A stretch of 64,000 nucleotides of DNA from an uncultured Pontibacter sp. (GCF_947495565.1 NZ_CANLZM010000012.1:116689-180688); one strand, 5' to 3'. Shown: positions 10,681 through 20,975, counted from the stretch's first letter. The notes: a model not told the origin generated them from the sequence alone. A program made the numbers and translations.

Positions 10681-13101
10681 ATGCCGTACCTCCGCCCTCT
10701 CTTACTTTTATACTTGTGCCTGCACTCACTGGCCGCCCTGGCGCAGCTGCAGCAGGTGCAGGGTGTAGTACGAGATGCCGCTACTGGCGAAAGGCTGCCC
10801 TTTGTAAGTGTAGTTGCCAACGAGGGCGAAACCGGCACCACCACCAACCTGGAAGGAGAGTTTAAGCTGCGCCACCAGCAGCCTATCCGGAGCCTGCGCT
10901 TCAGCTATGTAGGCTACTTGCCGCGCGTAGTTTATACAGATTCCGCAGCAAGTATAAATGTGCAGCTGCAGCCTACGGCGGCCCAGCTGCAGGAGGTAGT
11001 GGTGTTAGGCACAGGCGAGAATCCGGCGCACCGCATCATCAGGCTGGCCACACAGAACCGCGAACGGCACCGCCTGCACAACCTGAATAGCTACTCTTAC
11101 CGCACTTACAATAAGTTTATACTTACCGCCACCGATGTAGGGGAGCAGGAGCTGCGCGATACCCTGGAGCTCTCTAAACGCGACTCCGCTTACCTGAAGA
11201 TGCGCAACCTGCTGGGCAACCAGCACCTCTTCCTGCTTGAGAGTGTTACAGATTATGCTTTTCTGCAGCCTAACCTTACAAAAGAAACCATACTTGCCAC
11301 GCGTGTGTCGGGGTTGCAGCAGCCGAGTTTTGGTGTGGTAGCCGCCGAGGCCCGGGATTTTTCGGTATACGACGACCTGCCGGTGTTTTTCGGGAAGTAT
11401 TATCTGAGCCCTATCAGCCCGGGCAGCACCCGCAAGTATGATTTTGTGCTGCAGGAGACTGTGGCGCAGGGGCAGGACAGCATCTACGTTATCTCCTTTA
11501 AACCTGAAGAGGGCAAAAACTTTGAGGGGCTGGAAGGGTTGCTGTATATTAACAGCAGCGGTTGGGCGGTGCAGCACGTGCTGGCTGGCTCGGCAGGCGA
11601 TGACGATAAGCGTAATATCAGGCTGCAGCAGCAGTACGAGCGGGTGGGGCCGCAGCAACAGTGGTTTCCGGCGGAGCTGGATGTGGAGCTAACCATTCCG
11701 CAGCTAAACCTGAGCGGGCATCAGCCTTACGCCCGCATGCGCACCTACATTACCAATATTAACCTGAACCCAAACCTGCGCCGCTCCGAGTTTGGCGTAG
11801 TAGCCCTAAAGCAGCAGCCTGACGCCCACCGCCAACCTGACAGCTTCTTCCAAAATTACCGCCCTGATTCGCTCACGCAGCTGGAGCAGCGCACTTACGA
11901 GCGCCTCGACAGCGTAGGGCGCGCCCAGAAATTAGACCGTACCGTCAGGGTGATGGAGTACCTGGTGAGCAAGGAGCTGCCGATCGGCTCGGTAAGTCTG
12001 GACCTGAAACGCCTGCTTCGCCTCAGCCAGTTTGAAGGGCTGCGGCTTGGGTTGGGTGCTCATACAAACGATCGGTTTTCAGAGCGGTTTAAAGTAGGCG
12101 GCTACTGGGGCTATGGCTTTAGAGATGAGGAGGCGAAATACGGAGCCGATGCGTCGGTTATACTTTACAAGCCGCTAGAGCTGCAGCTAAAGGCTGTTTA
12201 TTTTGAGGATATTTTAGAAACCGGAGGCCGTCGGTTGCCTTTTACGGAGGGCAGCGGTTTGTTAGGAAACCTGCGGCGTGCGCTGTTGCCGTACATGGAT
12301 TATACTACCCATCAAAGTATAGCCCTGCAGAGCCGCGTGCTTCGGTACCTGCAGGCAAATGCCCAACTACGGAAGGAAGAGCGGCGGCCAACTTTGCTGC
12401 AGCAGGAGGGGCAGCCGTTGCCCGAACTTAACTTGACAGAGGCCGTGCTGAGCCTGCGCTATGCCCCCGGTGAGAAGTATATGCAGCAGTTCAACCGCTT
12501 AGTGTCTATGTCTGATGAGGAGCAGCCTGTGCTGTGGCTGCAGTACACGCGCGGCCTTGATGGCGTTCTGAACGGCGACTATAGCTATAACAAGTATGAT
12601 ATTCGGCTACAGACTTTGCTGCGGCACCGCACATTTGGCGAGAGCAGCTTTATACTTGCCGGAGGGTGGGTTGACGGGAAGGCCCCGCTCGTTACGCGGT
12701 ACAACGGCTACGGCAGCAACAATCAAGACTATAAGTTATATACAGGGGAGGGTTTTGAGACAATGTATCCTTTCGAGTTCTTCTCGGATAAGTACGCCGC
12801 TCTGTTCTTCTCGCAAAACTTCGGGAAGCGCCTGCTTAACACCCGCTTCTTTGCCCCGGATTTAGTGGCCGTAACCAATGTTGGCATCGGCAGCCTGGAG
12901 GAGCCGCTTCCGGAGGTGCAGGAGCAGAGCATTAGCAGTATGCGCAAAGGCTTTTATGAGTCCGGGTTGATGCTTAACAACATTATCAGCTCGCCGTTTA
13001 GTGGAGTGGGAGTAGGTGCTTTTTACCGCTACGGCCCTTACAAGCTGGATAACTCAAGCGATAACCTGCGTATTAAACTCACAGCCACTTTACTTTTTTA
13101 A
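10681..13101 (+). CDS. Outer-membrane protein with carboxypeptidase-regulatory-like N-domain (DUF5686-type)
   Basis: Signal peptide, GVVRDAATGERLPFVSV Cna-B-like domain, beta-strand-rich C-terminus ending in F. Confidence 0.8.
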   Translation: MPYLRPLLLLYLCLHSLAALAQLQQVQGVVRDAATGERLPFVSVVANEGETGTTTNLEGEFKLRHQQPIRSLRFSYVGYLPRVVYTDSAASINVQLQPTAAQLQEVVVLGTGENPAHRIIRLATQNRERHRLHNLNSYSYRTYNKFILTATDVGEQELRDTLELSKRDSAYLKMRNLLGNQHLFLLESVTDYAFLQPNLTKETILATRVSGLQQPSFGVVAAEARDFSVYDDLPVFFGKYYLSPISPGSTRKYDFVLQETVAQGQDSIYVISFKPEEGKNFEGLEGLLYINSSGWAVQHVLAGSAGDDDKRNIRLQQQYERVGPQQQWFPAELDVELTIPQLNLSGHQPYARMRTYITNINLNPNLRRSEFGVVALKQQPDAHRQPDSFFQNYRPDSLTQLEQRTYERLDSVGRAQKLDRTVRVMEYLVSKELPIGSVSLDLKRLLRLSQFEGLRLGLGAHTNDRFSERFKVGGYWGYGFRDEEAKYGADASVILYKPLELQLKAVYFEDILETGGRRLPFTEGSGLLGNLRRALLPYMDYTTHQSIALQSRVLRYLQANAQLRKEERRPTLLQQEGQPLPELNLTEAVLSLRYAPGEKYMQQFNRLVSMSDEEQPVLWLQYTRGLDGVLNGDYSYNKYDIRLQTLLRHRTFGESSFILAGGWVDGKAPLVTRYNGYGSNNQDYKLYTGEGFETMYPFEFFSDKYAALFFSQNFGKRLLNTRFFAPDLVAVTNVGIGSLEEPLPEVQEQSISSMRKGFYESGLMLNNIISSPFSGVGVGAFYRYGPYKLDNSSDNLRIKLTATLLF

Positions 13102-13247
13102 AGTATAAATTCGTCTTGTCGCCAAGCAGATTATCAAGTATAAAAGATAGATTTTTTCAAAAAAATTTTTACCGAGCCGCTGCTATACTTCGTTAGCCGG
13201 AAATCCATAACTTTACAGAACCTTCTTATACTCAGTAATTAAATAAC

Positions 13248-14504
13248 ATGACAGTTTCTAAAATGGCGCAGAACCTGATCGGCTCCGAAATTATTCGGGT
13301 GGCCGGCGAGGTAAATGCGATGATAGCCAAGGGAGAGCCAATCTGCAACCTTACCATCGGTGACTTTAACCCCAGCATTTACCCTATTCCAGAGGAGCTG
13401 CGCAAGGGCATCACCAAAGCTTACGAGCAGGGGCATACCAACTACCCGCCTGCCAACGGCGTGGCTGTGCTGCGGAAAGCGGTTGTAGCGTTTACACAAG
13501 AGCGCCTTGGCCTTACTTATCCCGAAAACGACATACTGGTGGCTGGTGGCTCCCGCCCGCTTATCTATGCCACTTACCTGGCTTTAGTAGACCCAGGCGA
13601 TAAGGTAGTTTATCCAACGCCGTCCTGGAACAACAACCACTACTGCCACCTGTCTGGCGCTACGCCGGTAGAGGTGAAGACGCGGCCGGAGAACAACTTT
13701 ATGCCAACCGCCGAAGATGTGAAGCCATACCTGAAAGGAGCAACCATGCTGGCGCTGTGCTCACCGCTGAACCCAACCGGCACCATGTTCTCTAAAAAAG
13801 ACCTGGAAGAAATCTGCGACCTGGTACTGGAGGAGAACCGCAACCGCAAAGAAGGTGAAAAGCCGCTGTACATGCTCTACGACCAGATTTATTGGATGCT
13901 GACCTTTGGAAACGCTGAGCACTTCGACCCAGTAAGCCTGCGCCCGGAAATGCGCGATTACACTGTTTATATAGACGGTACTTCAAAATGCTTCGCCGCC
14001 ACAGGTGTGCGTGTGGGTTATGCTTTCGGCCCGACTGTGGTGATAGACAAGATGAAATCCATACTTGGGCACGTGGGCGCCTGGGCACCAAAGGCAGAGC
14101 AGGTAGCGATGTCTGGATTTCTAGAGCAGCCGGAAGAGGTGGACAGCTTTATGAACGAGTTTAAGCCGAAGGTGCAGGAAAGCCTGAACGTGCTGTACAA
14201 TGGTTTCCAGGAGCTGAAGTCTGAGGGATTCGCTGTGGATGCCATTGAGCCGATGGGTGCCATTTACCTGTCAGCCAAGCTGGATTTGGCCGGCAAAACC
14301 TCGCCAGACGGCAAAGTGCTGGAGACAAGCCAAGATATAACATTTTACGTGCTGCACGAGGCAAAGCTGGCGGTGGTGCCTTTCTCCGCTTTCGGTTCTG
14401 GGAAAGATTTAAACTGGTTCAGGCTTTCGGTAGGAGGCGCGTCTTTGGACGAGATTAAAGCATCGCTGGGAAGGCTGCGTGAGGCGCTGCAGAAGCTGAA
14501 GTAG
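13248..14504 (+). CDS. PLP-dependent class I aminotransferase (aspartate aminotransferase-like)
   Basis: SPLNPTG, DQIY and SKCFAATGVRVGY (PLP lysine) motifs. Confidence 0.92.
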   Translation: MTVSKMAQNLIGSEIIRVAGEVNAMIAKGEPICNLTIGDFNPSIYPIPEELRKGITKAYEQGHTNYPPANGVAVLRKAVVAFTQERLGLTYPENDILVAGGSRPLIYATYLALVDPGDKVVYPTPSWNNNHYCHLSGATPVEVKTRPENNFMPTAEDVKPYLKGATMLALCSPLNPTGTMFSKKDLEEICDLVLEENRNRKEGEKPLYMLYDQIYWMLTFGNAEHFDPVSLRPEMRDYTVYIDGTSKCFAATGVRVGYAFGPTVVIDKMKSILGHVGAWAPKAEQVAMSGFLEQPEEVDSFMNEFKPKVQESLNVLYNGFQELKSEGFAVDAIEPMGAIYLSAKLDLAGKTSPDGKVLETSQDITFYVLHEAKLAVVPFSAFGSGKDLNWFRLSVGGASLDEIKASLGRLREALQKLK

Positions 14505-14537
14505 CAACTCCCCGCCATTAAGCTACATGCTGTTCCT

Positions 14538-14665
14538 GCCGCAAAATTTCCTCTTGTGGCTTTTGAATGGGCCAGGCTTTCAGCTTGCGGATGTATACAC
14601 CCGGCAATTAACGTAAGCTGAAAGCTTGCCGCCATGGAAAACTACGAGTTGAAAACTCGTGGTAG
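14538..14665. repeat. REP-doublet (REPIN-like) element, copy 1
   Basis: Two oppositely oriented short hairpins with a 3-nt GAA/TTC loop; homologous to 43066-43173. Confidence 0.6.
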
Positions 14666-14786
14666 GTTTACTGGTTATTGAGCAAATGCCCTAATCGTAG
14701 CCTTTGAACAGGCAACGCAATCGTTTTTGGAATACACTTTATACTTCTGTAGAGACGCACTAACCGGCGTCTCTATTTTTTTGTGC

Positions 14787-15245
14787 CTACTCAATCTTAA
14801 TCTGCCGGTTTATACTTTCTTCCAGCGAGATAAGTGTTTCAGTGCGCTGCACGCCCTCAATAGATTGCAGTTTCTCGTTCAGCACCTCGCGCAGGTGGTT
14901 GGTGTCGCGGCAAATAATTTTAGCAAACATGCTGTAAGCGCCGGTGGTGTAATGAAGCTCTACAATCTCAGGTATATCCCGCATTTTCTCCACGGTTTCC
15001 TTATACTCAGAACCCTTCTCCAGAAAAACACCGATAAAAGCGCAGATATCAAAGCCCACTGCCGACGGGTTAACCAGCAGTTGCGCTCCTTTCACTATGC
15101 CCATCTCCGTCAGTTTCTTCATCCGCACATGTATGGTGCCGCCCGAAACATTCAGTTCTTTGGCAATATCGGTGTAGGCTCTGGTGACATCCTGCATCAA
15201 CAGGCTCAAAATCTGCTTATCCAGTTTATCAATTTCATAATTCAT
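14787..15245 (-). CDS. asnC: Lrp/AsnC family transcriptional regulator
   Basis: LDKQIL...YTDIAKELNVSGGTIHVRMKKL HTH; HYTTGAYS; divergent from an asparagine synthetase. Confidence 0.88.
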   Translation of the reverse strand: MNYEIDKLDKQILSLLMQDVTRAYTDIAKELNVSGGTIHVRMKKLTEMGIVKGAQLLVNPSAVGFDICAFIGVFLEKGSEYKETVEKMRDIPEIVELHYTTGAYSMFAKIICRDTNHLREVLNEKLQSIEGVQRTETLISLEESINRQIKIE

Positions 15246-15278
15246 AGGCTCTAGTAATTGCTGCTTTTAACATTGTTT

Positions 15279-15368
15279 CAAAGATAAGGGTTTCAGATTG
15301 ATAAATTACTAAATAAGAAAAATAATATTTAAAAAATTTACAATTAATGATAACAGTTTTTACATTTG
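15279..15368. promoter_or_regulatory. Divergent promoters for asnC and the asparagine synthetase gene
   Basis: TATCTTTG on - strand (15279-15286) and TACATTTG on + strand (15361-15368) in an AT-rich spacer. Confidence 0.55.
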
Positions 15369-15412
15369 TGATGTATGAATACTCAAATACTTAACAAATT
15401 TTCAAAAAAAAG

Positions 15413-16366
15413 ATGGAGCAAGTAACATTAATGAAACCGACGGTGCTAGATGCTACCGTAAGTCACCTGAAGCGAGCATCGTTGCCCAAGATCCTGAAAG
15501 TGCAACAGGGCATTGTGCGTGCCACCCATGATTTTATGTTCCGCAAAGGTCTGACGCAGCTTATGCCGCTTATGCTGTCGCCGATTACGGACCCGCTAAA
15601 CCACGGCGTAGTGGATGCCACTATTAGTTATGCTGAGCAGAGCTGGAGCCTGACAAAATCCATGATCTTCCATAAGCAGCTGGCCCTGATGAACCCGGCA
15701 CTGGACAGCCTCTATATTGTATCGCCTAACGTGCGCCTGGAGTTCTCTGACCGCGCCGAGACTGGCCGCCACCTGTTTGAGTTTACGCAGATCGACTTTG
15801 AATTTAAGGACAAGGACCGCTTTTTTGTGATGGAGTTTATGGAGGAGCTGGTAAACTTTGTGTTCCGCCGCCTAAACGAGGAAATACCGGAAATTATACT
15901 GGAGATGCGCGGAGAGCTGCTGCCGCAGTACGAGAAGTGGGAAGTATGCCGCACCGAAAAGTTGGAAGCCGCGCTCGGCCCGGATTATGAGCATATTAAA
16001 TCAAAGGAGGCAACAGAGCCGTTCTGGCTGCTGAACCACAAACGCGAGTTCTACGACAAAGAAGATACGAAAAAGCCGGGCACGTACCTGAACTATGATG
16101 TAATATGGCCAGAAGGTTTTGGCGAAGGATTATCCGGGGCGGAGCGGGAGCACGAGTATCACCAGATCCGTAAGCGTATGGCCGAGGTAGGCACAAGCGA
16201 AGAGGCTTTTGCGCATTATTTAGAGGTAGCCAAAGATGGCGGCATTCCAAAAACTGCAGGCGGCGGCTTTGGGGTAGAGCGCATGACCCGTTTTATATGC
16301 CGACTAAAGGATGTGGATGAGGTGACTGTTTTCTCCCGCAAGCCTTTCACTAAAGCTGTTTTCTAG
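15413..16366 (+). CDS. asnA: Asparagine synthetase A, archaeal/AsnRS-derived type (class II aaRS catalytic core without anticodon domain)
   Basis: SPITDPL, LTKSMIFHKQ, SPNVRLE, GRHLFEFTQ, EGLSGAERE and GGGFGVER motifs; 317 aa with no N-terminal OB fold. Confidence 0.85.
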   Translation: MEQVTLMKPTVLDATVSHLKRASLPKILKVQQGIVRATHDFMFRKGLTQLMPLMLSPITDPLNHGVVDATISYAEQSWSLTKSMIFHKQLALMNPALDSLYIVSPNVRLEFSDRAETGRHLFEFTQIDFEFKDKDRFFVMEFMEELVNFVFRRLNEEIPEIILEMRGELLPQYEKWEVCRTEKLEAALGPDYEHIKSKEATEPFWLLNHKREFYDKEDTKKPGTYLNYDVIWPEGFGEGLSGAEREHEYHQIRKRMAEVGTSEEAFAHYLEVAKDGGIPKTAGGGFGVERMTRFICRLKDVDEVTVFSRKPFTKAVF

Positions 16367-16711
16367 TGTACATGCAAAACACTTAAAGTATGTTAAATGA
16401 CTAAAAAGGTATGGATAACAATAGTGATAATGCGGGTAATCCTGCGAATTATAAGATAAATGAATGGTTTAAGATGATGTGAAGGCCTGCCGCTGAAATG
16501 CTGCAGGCCTTTTTTCTTGCCTAATGGTATGAGTAATTTCATGTGTCCATCCTTACGCAAGAGGCAGTTTGTACTTTAGCTGCAAAACTATACTTTGCCG
16601 TTGTTAAACCCTGCAGCAGCACGAGTTTATCGAACCTAAAGTATCATAAGCCAGAAATAAAAAAGGCAGAAGCCGTAGCCTCTGCCTTCCATACTTGCTA
16701 TAGTTTATACT

Positions 16712-17953
16712 TTAGAAGTTCATGATCACTTCCTCAATAATGTCGCAGCACTCGTGCAGTTGCTCCTCTGTCATTACCAGCGGCGGCGCAAAACGGATAA
16801 TATCGCCGTGAGTAGGTTTGGCTAGCAAGCCCTTATCCTTCAGCTCCACGCATACATCCCAGGCGGTGCGGCCATCTGCAGTAGGGTTAACAATGATGGC
16901 GTTAAGCAAGCCTCTGCCGCGCACAAGCGTTACCAGTTCAGGGCGCTTCTCGATAAGGCGCTGCATACGCTCCCGGAACAGTTCGCCTAACCTGTTGGCG
17001 TTCTCCGTCAGGTTCTCGTCTTTTATTACCTCCAAAGCGGCAATAGCTACCATGGCGGCCAGCGGGTTGCCTCCAAACGTAGAGCCGTGCTCGCCTGGCT
17101 GGATGCACAGCATGATCTCATCGTTAGCCAAAACGCAGGAAACCGGCAGCACACCCCCGGAAAGCGCTTTGCCAAGTATAAGTATATCAGCCTTCACATC
17201 ATCGTAATAGCTTGCCAGCAGCTTGCCTGTACGGCCAATGCCGGTTTGTATCTCGTCGGCCATCAGCAGCACATCGTACTCTTTGCACAGCGCGTGGGCT
17301 TTGGCCAGATAACCTTCATCCGGAACAACTACGCCAGCCTCGCCCTGAATTGGCTCCACCATAAATCCGCATACGTTCGGGTTCTCCTTCAGCGCACGCT
17401 CCAGCGCCTCCACATCATTGTAAGGGATCACCTTATAGCCCGGCATGTACGGGCCGAAGCCTTTGGTAGAGTCCGGGTCTGTGGAGAAGGAGATGATGCC
17501 GGTGGTACGGCCGTGGAAGTTATGCTCCACCACAATTATTTCGGCTTTATGCGGCGCAATGCCCTTTTTCATATAGCCCCACTTACGCGCCAGTTTAATG
17601 GCTGTCTCCACGGCCTCGGCACCGGAGTTCATGTAAAGGGCTTTGTCATACTTAAAGTACTCGCAGATGTATTGCTCTGCAGGCCCCAGTTTGTCGTTGT
17701 AAAAAGCGCGGGATGTTAGCGTTAGCTGCTGCGCCTGCTGTGTAAGGGCGCCAACAATTTTAGGGTGGCAGTGCCCTTGGTTTACAGCGCTGTAAGCAGA
17801 CAGGAAGTCAAAATAATGCTTGCCTTCCACATCCCAAAGGTGTACCCCTTCGCCACGGCTTAGTACCACAGGTAGCGGGTGGTAATTGTGGGCACCATAC
17901 TTGTGCTCGATGTCAATAGCTTGTTGGCTGGAGGTAATGGTTTGAGTGCTCAT
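16712..17953 (-). CDS. rocD: Ornithine--oxo-acid transaminase
   Basis: [48 protein letters not shown]. Confidence 0.97.
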   Translation of the reverse strand: MSTQTITSSQQAIDIEHKYGAHNYHPLPVVLSRGEGVHLWDVEGKHYFDFLSAYSAVNQGHCHPKIVGALTQQAQQLTLTSRAFYNDKLGPAEQYICEYFKYDKALYMNSGAEAVETAIKLARKWGYMKKGIAPHKAEIIVVEHNFHGRTTGIISFSTDPDSTKGFGPYMPGYKVIPYNDVEALERALKENPNVCGFMVEPIQGEAGVVVPDEGYLAKAHALCKEYDVLLMADEIQTGIGRTGKLLASYYDDVKADILILGKALSGGVLPVSCVLANDEIMLCIQPGEHGSTFGGNPLAAMVAIAALEVIKDENLTENANRLGELFRERMQRLIEKRPELVTLVRGRGLLNAIIVNPTADGRTAWDVCVELKDKGLLAKPTHGDIIRFAPPLVMTEEQLHECCDIIEEVIMNF

Positions 17954-18167
17954 AGTTTTTAATTATCAGATTCCTAAGAACGGCAATGTTACTGCCAATC
18001 ATTATTACAGAATATAGTGTTTAATGTTGTCAAATTTACACATTTCAGGCCCACATCAAAACCTGCTTCTGCTTTAGGTCAAAACGGCTGTACGCCGTGC
18101 AGGCAATGTGCAGGTTTTGGCGCAAAACTTAATAATGCCGTACTTTGTGTGAAAAATAAGTATAACC

Positions 18168-18335
18168 GTGGCGCAGAAGTTAACAGAAGGCGAGGATTTT
18201 TATTTTAACCAGCAGGGGCTGATGGTGCTGACGGCAAAATACCTGCTGAAACGCGGGTATTGCTGCAAAAATGCCTGTAAACACTGCCCCTACGGGTTTG
18301 ATAAAGAGGTGGCGGCAAAGCAGCGCAAAGTATAA
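18168..18335 (+). CDS. Small Cys-rich protein, DUF5522-like (55 aa; not in the ORF track)
   Basis: Own translation from GTG: VAQKLTEGEDFYFNQQGLMVLTAKYLLKRGYCCKNACKHCPYGFDKEVAAKQRKV. Confidence 0.85.
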   Translation: MAQKLTEGEDFYFNQQGLMVLTAKYLLKRGYCCKNACKHCPYGFDKEVAAKQRKV

Positions 18336-18469
18336 AACTTGTTACCTGGCGCGGGTTTATGAGGCAAACGCTATACAGCCACATGAAAATTTTAGGTACA
18401 GGTTTGATATTCTGTATCTTTTTATAGATATTTGCACCCCTATTGAAATAAACCAGAAAAGAATACAAG

Positions 18470-18709
18470 ATGGCACGAGTTTGCGACTTAACAGGTAAAA
18501 GACCACAGGTAGGTAACAACGTTTCTCACGCTAATAACAAGACGAAACGTAAATTTTATCCAAACCTACAGAAGAAGCGCTTCTACATCCCTGAGGAGGA
18601 TGCTTGGGTAACGCTGAAAGTTTCTACTTCTGCACTGAGAACCATCAACAAGAATGGTATCACTGCGGTGTTGAAAAAAGCAGTAGAGCAAGGCTACATC
18701 CTGTACTAG
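18470..18709 (+). CDS. rpmB: 50S ribosomal protein L28
   Basis: [10 protein letters not shown]...[20 protein letters not shown]. Confidence 0.99.
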   Translation: MARVCDLTGKRPQVGNNVSHANNKTKRKFYPNLQKKRFYIPEEDAWVTLKVSTSALRTINKNGITAVLKKAVEQGYILY

Positions 18710-18808
18710 TATAGGCATACTTTCGGGTATACAGGCTGCCGGGCTTAAGGCGTAAAGGCAAGCAGGTAATAACCGGAAATCGCCATCTGGTACTTTAAGA
18801 TAAAACAT

Positions 18809-18857
18809 CGGCAACGGAGAGAAGCTGTAGATGCTTTCGCTCCGTTGCCGTTTTTTT
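18809..18857 (+). terminator. Intrinsic terminator after rpmB
   Basis: CGGCAACGGAG/CTCCGTTGCCG stem followed by T7. Confidence 0.85.
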
Positions 18858-18982
18858 AAGCTTTGCCGTTTCCTTCGGCTAGAGAAGGCGGCCCAACATG
18901 GCAAGTGTAAATGTTGTGAAGCACCCGGAGGTGGTTTTACAAGAAAATTTATACATTGTTTGTAATTAGAGATTTAAGCTTT

Positions 18983-18990
18983 TATATTTG
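18983..18990 (+). promoter_or_regulatory. -7 element upstream of rpmG
   Basis: TATATTTG 28 nt before the rpmG ATG. Confidence 0.65.
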
Positions 18991-19018
18991 CAGTCCTAAA
19001 TAAAAAATTACTGTCGAG

Positions 19019-19207
19019 ATGGCTAAAAAAGCAAAAGGTAATAGAATCCAGGTTATTATGGAGTGCACAGAGCATAAAGCTACTGGCATGCCTGGAACTT
19101 CAAGGTACATCACTACCAAAAACAGAAAGAATACTCCAGAGCGTCTTGAGTTGAAGAAGTATAACTCTGTGCTGAAAAAAGTAACTTTACATAAAGAAAT
19201 TAAATAA
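19019..19207 (+). CDS. rpmG: 50S ribosomal protein L33
   Basis: [21 protein letters not shown]. Confidence 0.99.
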   Translation: MAKKAKGNRIQVIMECTEHKATGMPGTSRYITTKNRKNTPERLELKKYNSVLKKVTLHKEIK

Positions 19208-19209
19208 CC

Positions 19210-19365
19210 ATGGCTAAGAAGGTAGTTGCAACCCTAAAGACCGCTACAGGCAAAGACTGGGCGAAAGTAATTAAGGCTGTGAGATCTCCAAAAACTGGTG
19301 CTTACAGCTTTAAAGAGGAAATGGTACCTGTTGACAAAGTACAGGAGTTCCTTGCTAAAAAATAA
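19210..19365 (+). CDS. DUF4295-type small protein (51 aa; not in the ORF track)
   Basis: Own translation MAKKVVATLKTATGKDWAKVIKAVRSPKTGAYSFKEEMVPVDKVQEFLAKK; usual position between rpmG and ftsY. Confidence 0.92.
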   Translation: MAKKVVATLKTATGKDWAKVIKAVRSPKTGAYSFKEEMVPVDKVQEFLAKK

Positions 19366-19478
19366 TACAGCCTACTCTACATCGATAGATAGATAAAATG
19401 AAGAAGTCCCTTTACTGGGACTTTTTTAGTATATTACCGTATCACTGAGATAGCATTCACCCTACATCATAAACCGGC

Positions 19479-20438
19479 ATGGGAATTTTTGACTTTTTCA
19501 GCAAAGAGAAGAAAAAAGAATCGCTGGACAAAGGCCTCGAGAAAACCAAGAGCAACTTTTTCGGCCAGCTAAGCAAAGCCGTTATGGGCAAATCCACCGT
19601 TGACGTGGAGGTGCTTGACGAGTTGGAAGAGATTCTAGTACATGCTGACGTGGGGGTGGAGACAACAGTGAAAATCATTGACCGCATCGAGAAACGTGTG
19701 GCCCGCGACAAGTATGTAAGCACCGACGAGCTGGACACCATTCTGCGCGAGGAGATTGCCGCACTGCTGGAGGAGAACCGCGCTGGTGATGGTGCCAATT
19801 TTGAGCTGCCGAAAGATATTAAGCCTTACGTGATAATGGTGGTGGGTGTGAACGGTGTGGGCAAAACAACCACTATCGGTAAGCTGGCATCTCAATTCCA
19901 TAAAGCGGGCAAACAGGTAGTGCTTGGTGCTGCCGATACATTCCGTGCCGCTGCCGTAGATCAGCTGATCATTTGGGGTGAGCGTGTGGGCGTGCCGGTA
20001 ATTTCGCATGGCATGAACACCGACCCTGCCTCTGTGGCGTACGATGCCGTGAAGAAAGGCGTGGAGATGAACGCCGATGTGGTGATAATTGATACGGCTG
20101 GGCGACTGCACAACAAGGTTGGCCTGATGAACGAGCTGGCTAAAATAAAGCGCGTAATGCAGAAGATAACGCCAGATACACCGCATGAGGTGCTGCTGGT
20201 ATTAGATGGCAGCACAGGCCAGAATGCGCTACTGCAGGCCCGTGAATTTACGAAAGCCACAGATGTAACAGCGCTTGCCATAACAAAGCTGGATGGTACA
20301 GCCAAAGGTGGCGTGGTGATTGGTATTTCGGATGAGTTTAAGATTCCGGTGAAGTATATCGGAGTTGGCGAGAAAATAGAAGACCTGCAGCTGTTCGACA
20401 AGCACGAGTTTGTGGATTCCTTCTTCTCGCGCAAATAA
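19479..20438 (+). CDS. ftsY: Signal recognition particle receptor
   Basis: GVNGVGKTTT, DTFRAAA, DTAGR, TKLDGTAKGG. Confidence 0.98.
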   Translation: MGIFDFFSKEKKKESLDKGLEKTKSNFFGQLSKAVMGKSTVDVEVLDELEEILVHADVGVETTVKIIDRIEKRVARDKYVSTDELDTILREEIAALLEENRAGDGANFELPKDIKPYVIMVVGVNGVGKTTTIGKLASQFHKAGKQVVLGAADTFRAAAVDQLIIWGERVGVPVISHGMNTDPASVAYDAVKKGVEMNADVVIIDTAGRLHNKVGLMNELAKIKRVMQKITPDTPHEVLLVLDGSTGQNALLQAREFTKATDVTALAITKLDGTAKGGVVIGISDEFKIPVKYIGVGEKIEDLQLFDKHEFVDSFFSRK

Positions 20439-20447
20439 AGAATAGCC

Positions 20448-20975
20448 ATGGTTAAGCTCCTGTTGTTGCCGCTTGCGCTGCTATTATCGCAGTGCAACGG
20501 TGCTAATCAAACCCATCAGAACCAGCCAGAGCAGATGGAGAACCAGGAGCTGCCGCAGCAAACAAAATTAACCAAGGCTCAGGAGCAGCAAACTCCCATT
20601 GAGCAAGGTATAAGCGGCCAGGTGCTGTGGGTGTCGGGCAACCAGATGCCCTCACCGGATGCTCCGCCTAGCAAAGGCAGAGGCGTACAGCGCACGATAC
20701 ATATCTACCAGCTTACCAACGCCAACCAAGCTAAAACCACAGCTGGTGTATTTCACACTAACATCCAGACTACATTAATTGCTCAGGTTCTTACCGATGC
20801 CGATGGCCATTTTGCGGTAAACTTAGAGCCTGGTATCTACAGCCTTTTCACGGAGGAAGAAAAAGGGCTATTTGCTAGTATTTTTGATGGAGAGATGAAT
20901 ATTAATCCAGTGGAGGTGCAGCAGGAGCAGGTAACCGACATCAAGATTGCAGTTAATTACCAAGCAGCTTATTAA
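20448..20975 (+). CDS. Exported/lipoprotein with carboxypeptidase-regulatory-like domain
   Basis: Hydrophobic leader with Cys; TDADGHFAVNLEPGIYS beta-sandwich motif. Confidence 0.65.
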   Translation: MVKLLLLPLALLLSQCNGANQTHQNQPEQMENQELPQQTKLTKAQEQQTPIEQGISGQVLWVSGNQMPSPDAPPSKGRGVQRTIHIYQLTNANQAKTTAGVFHTNIQTTLIAQVLTDADGHFAVNLEPGIYSLFTEEEKGLFASIFDGEMNINPVEVQQEQVTDIKIAVNYQAAY

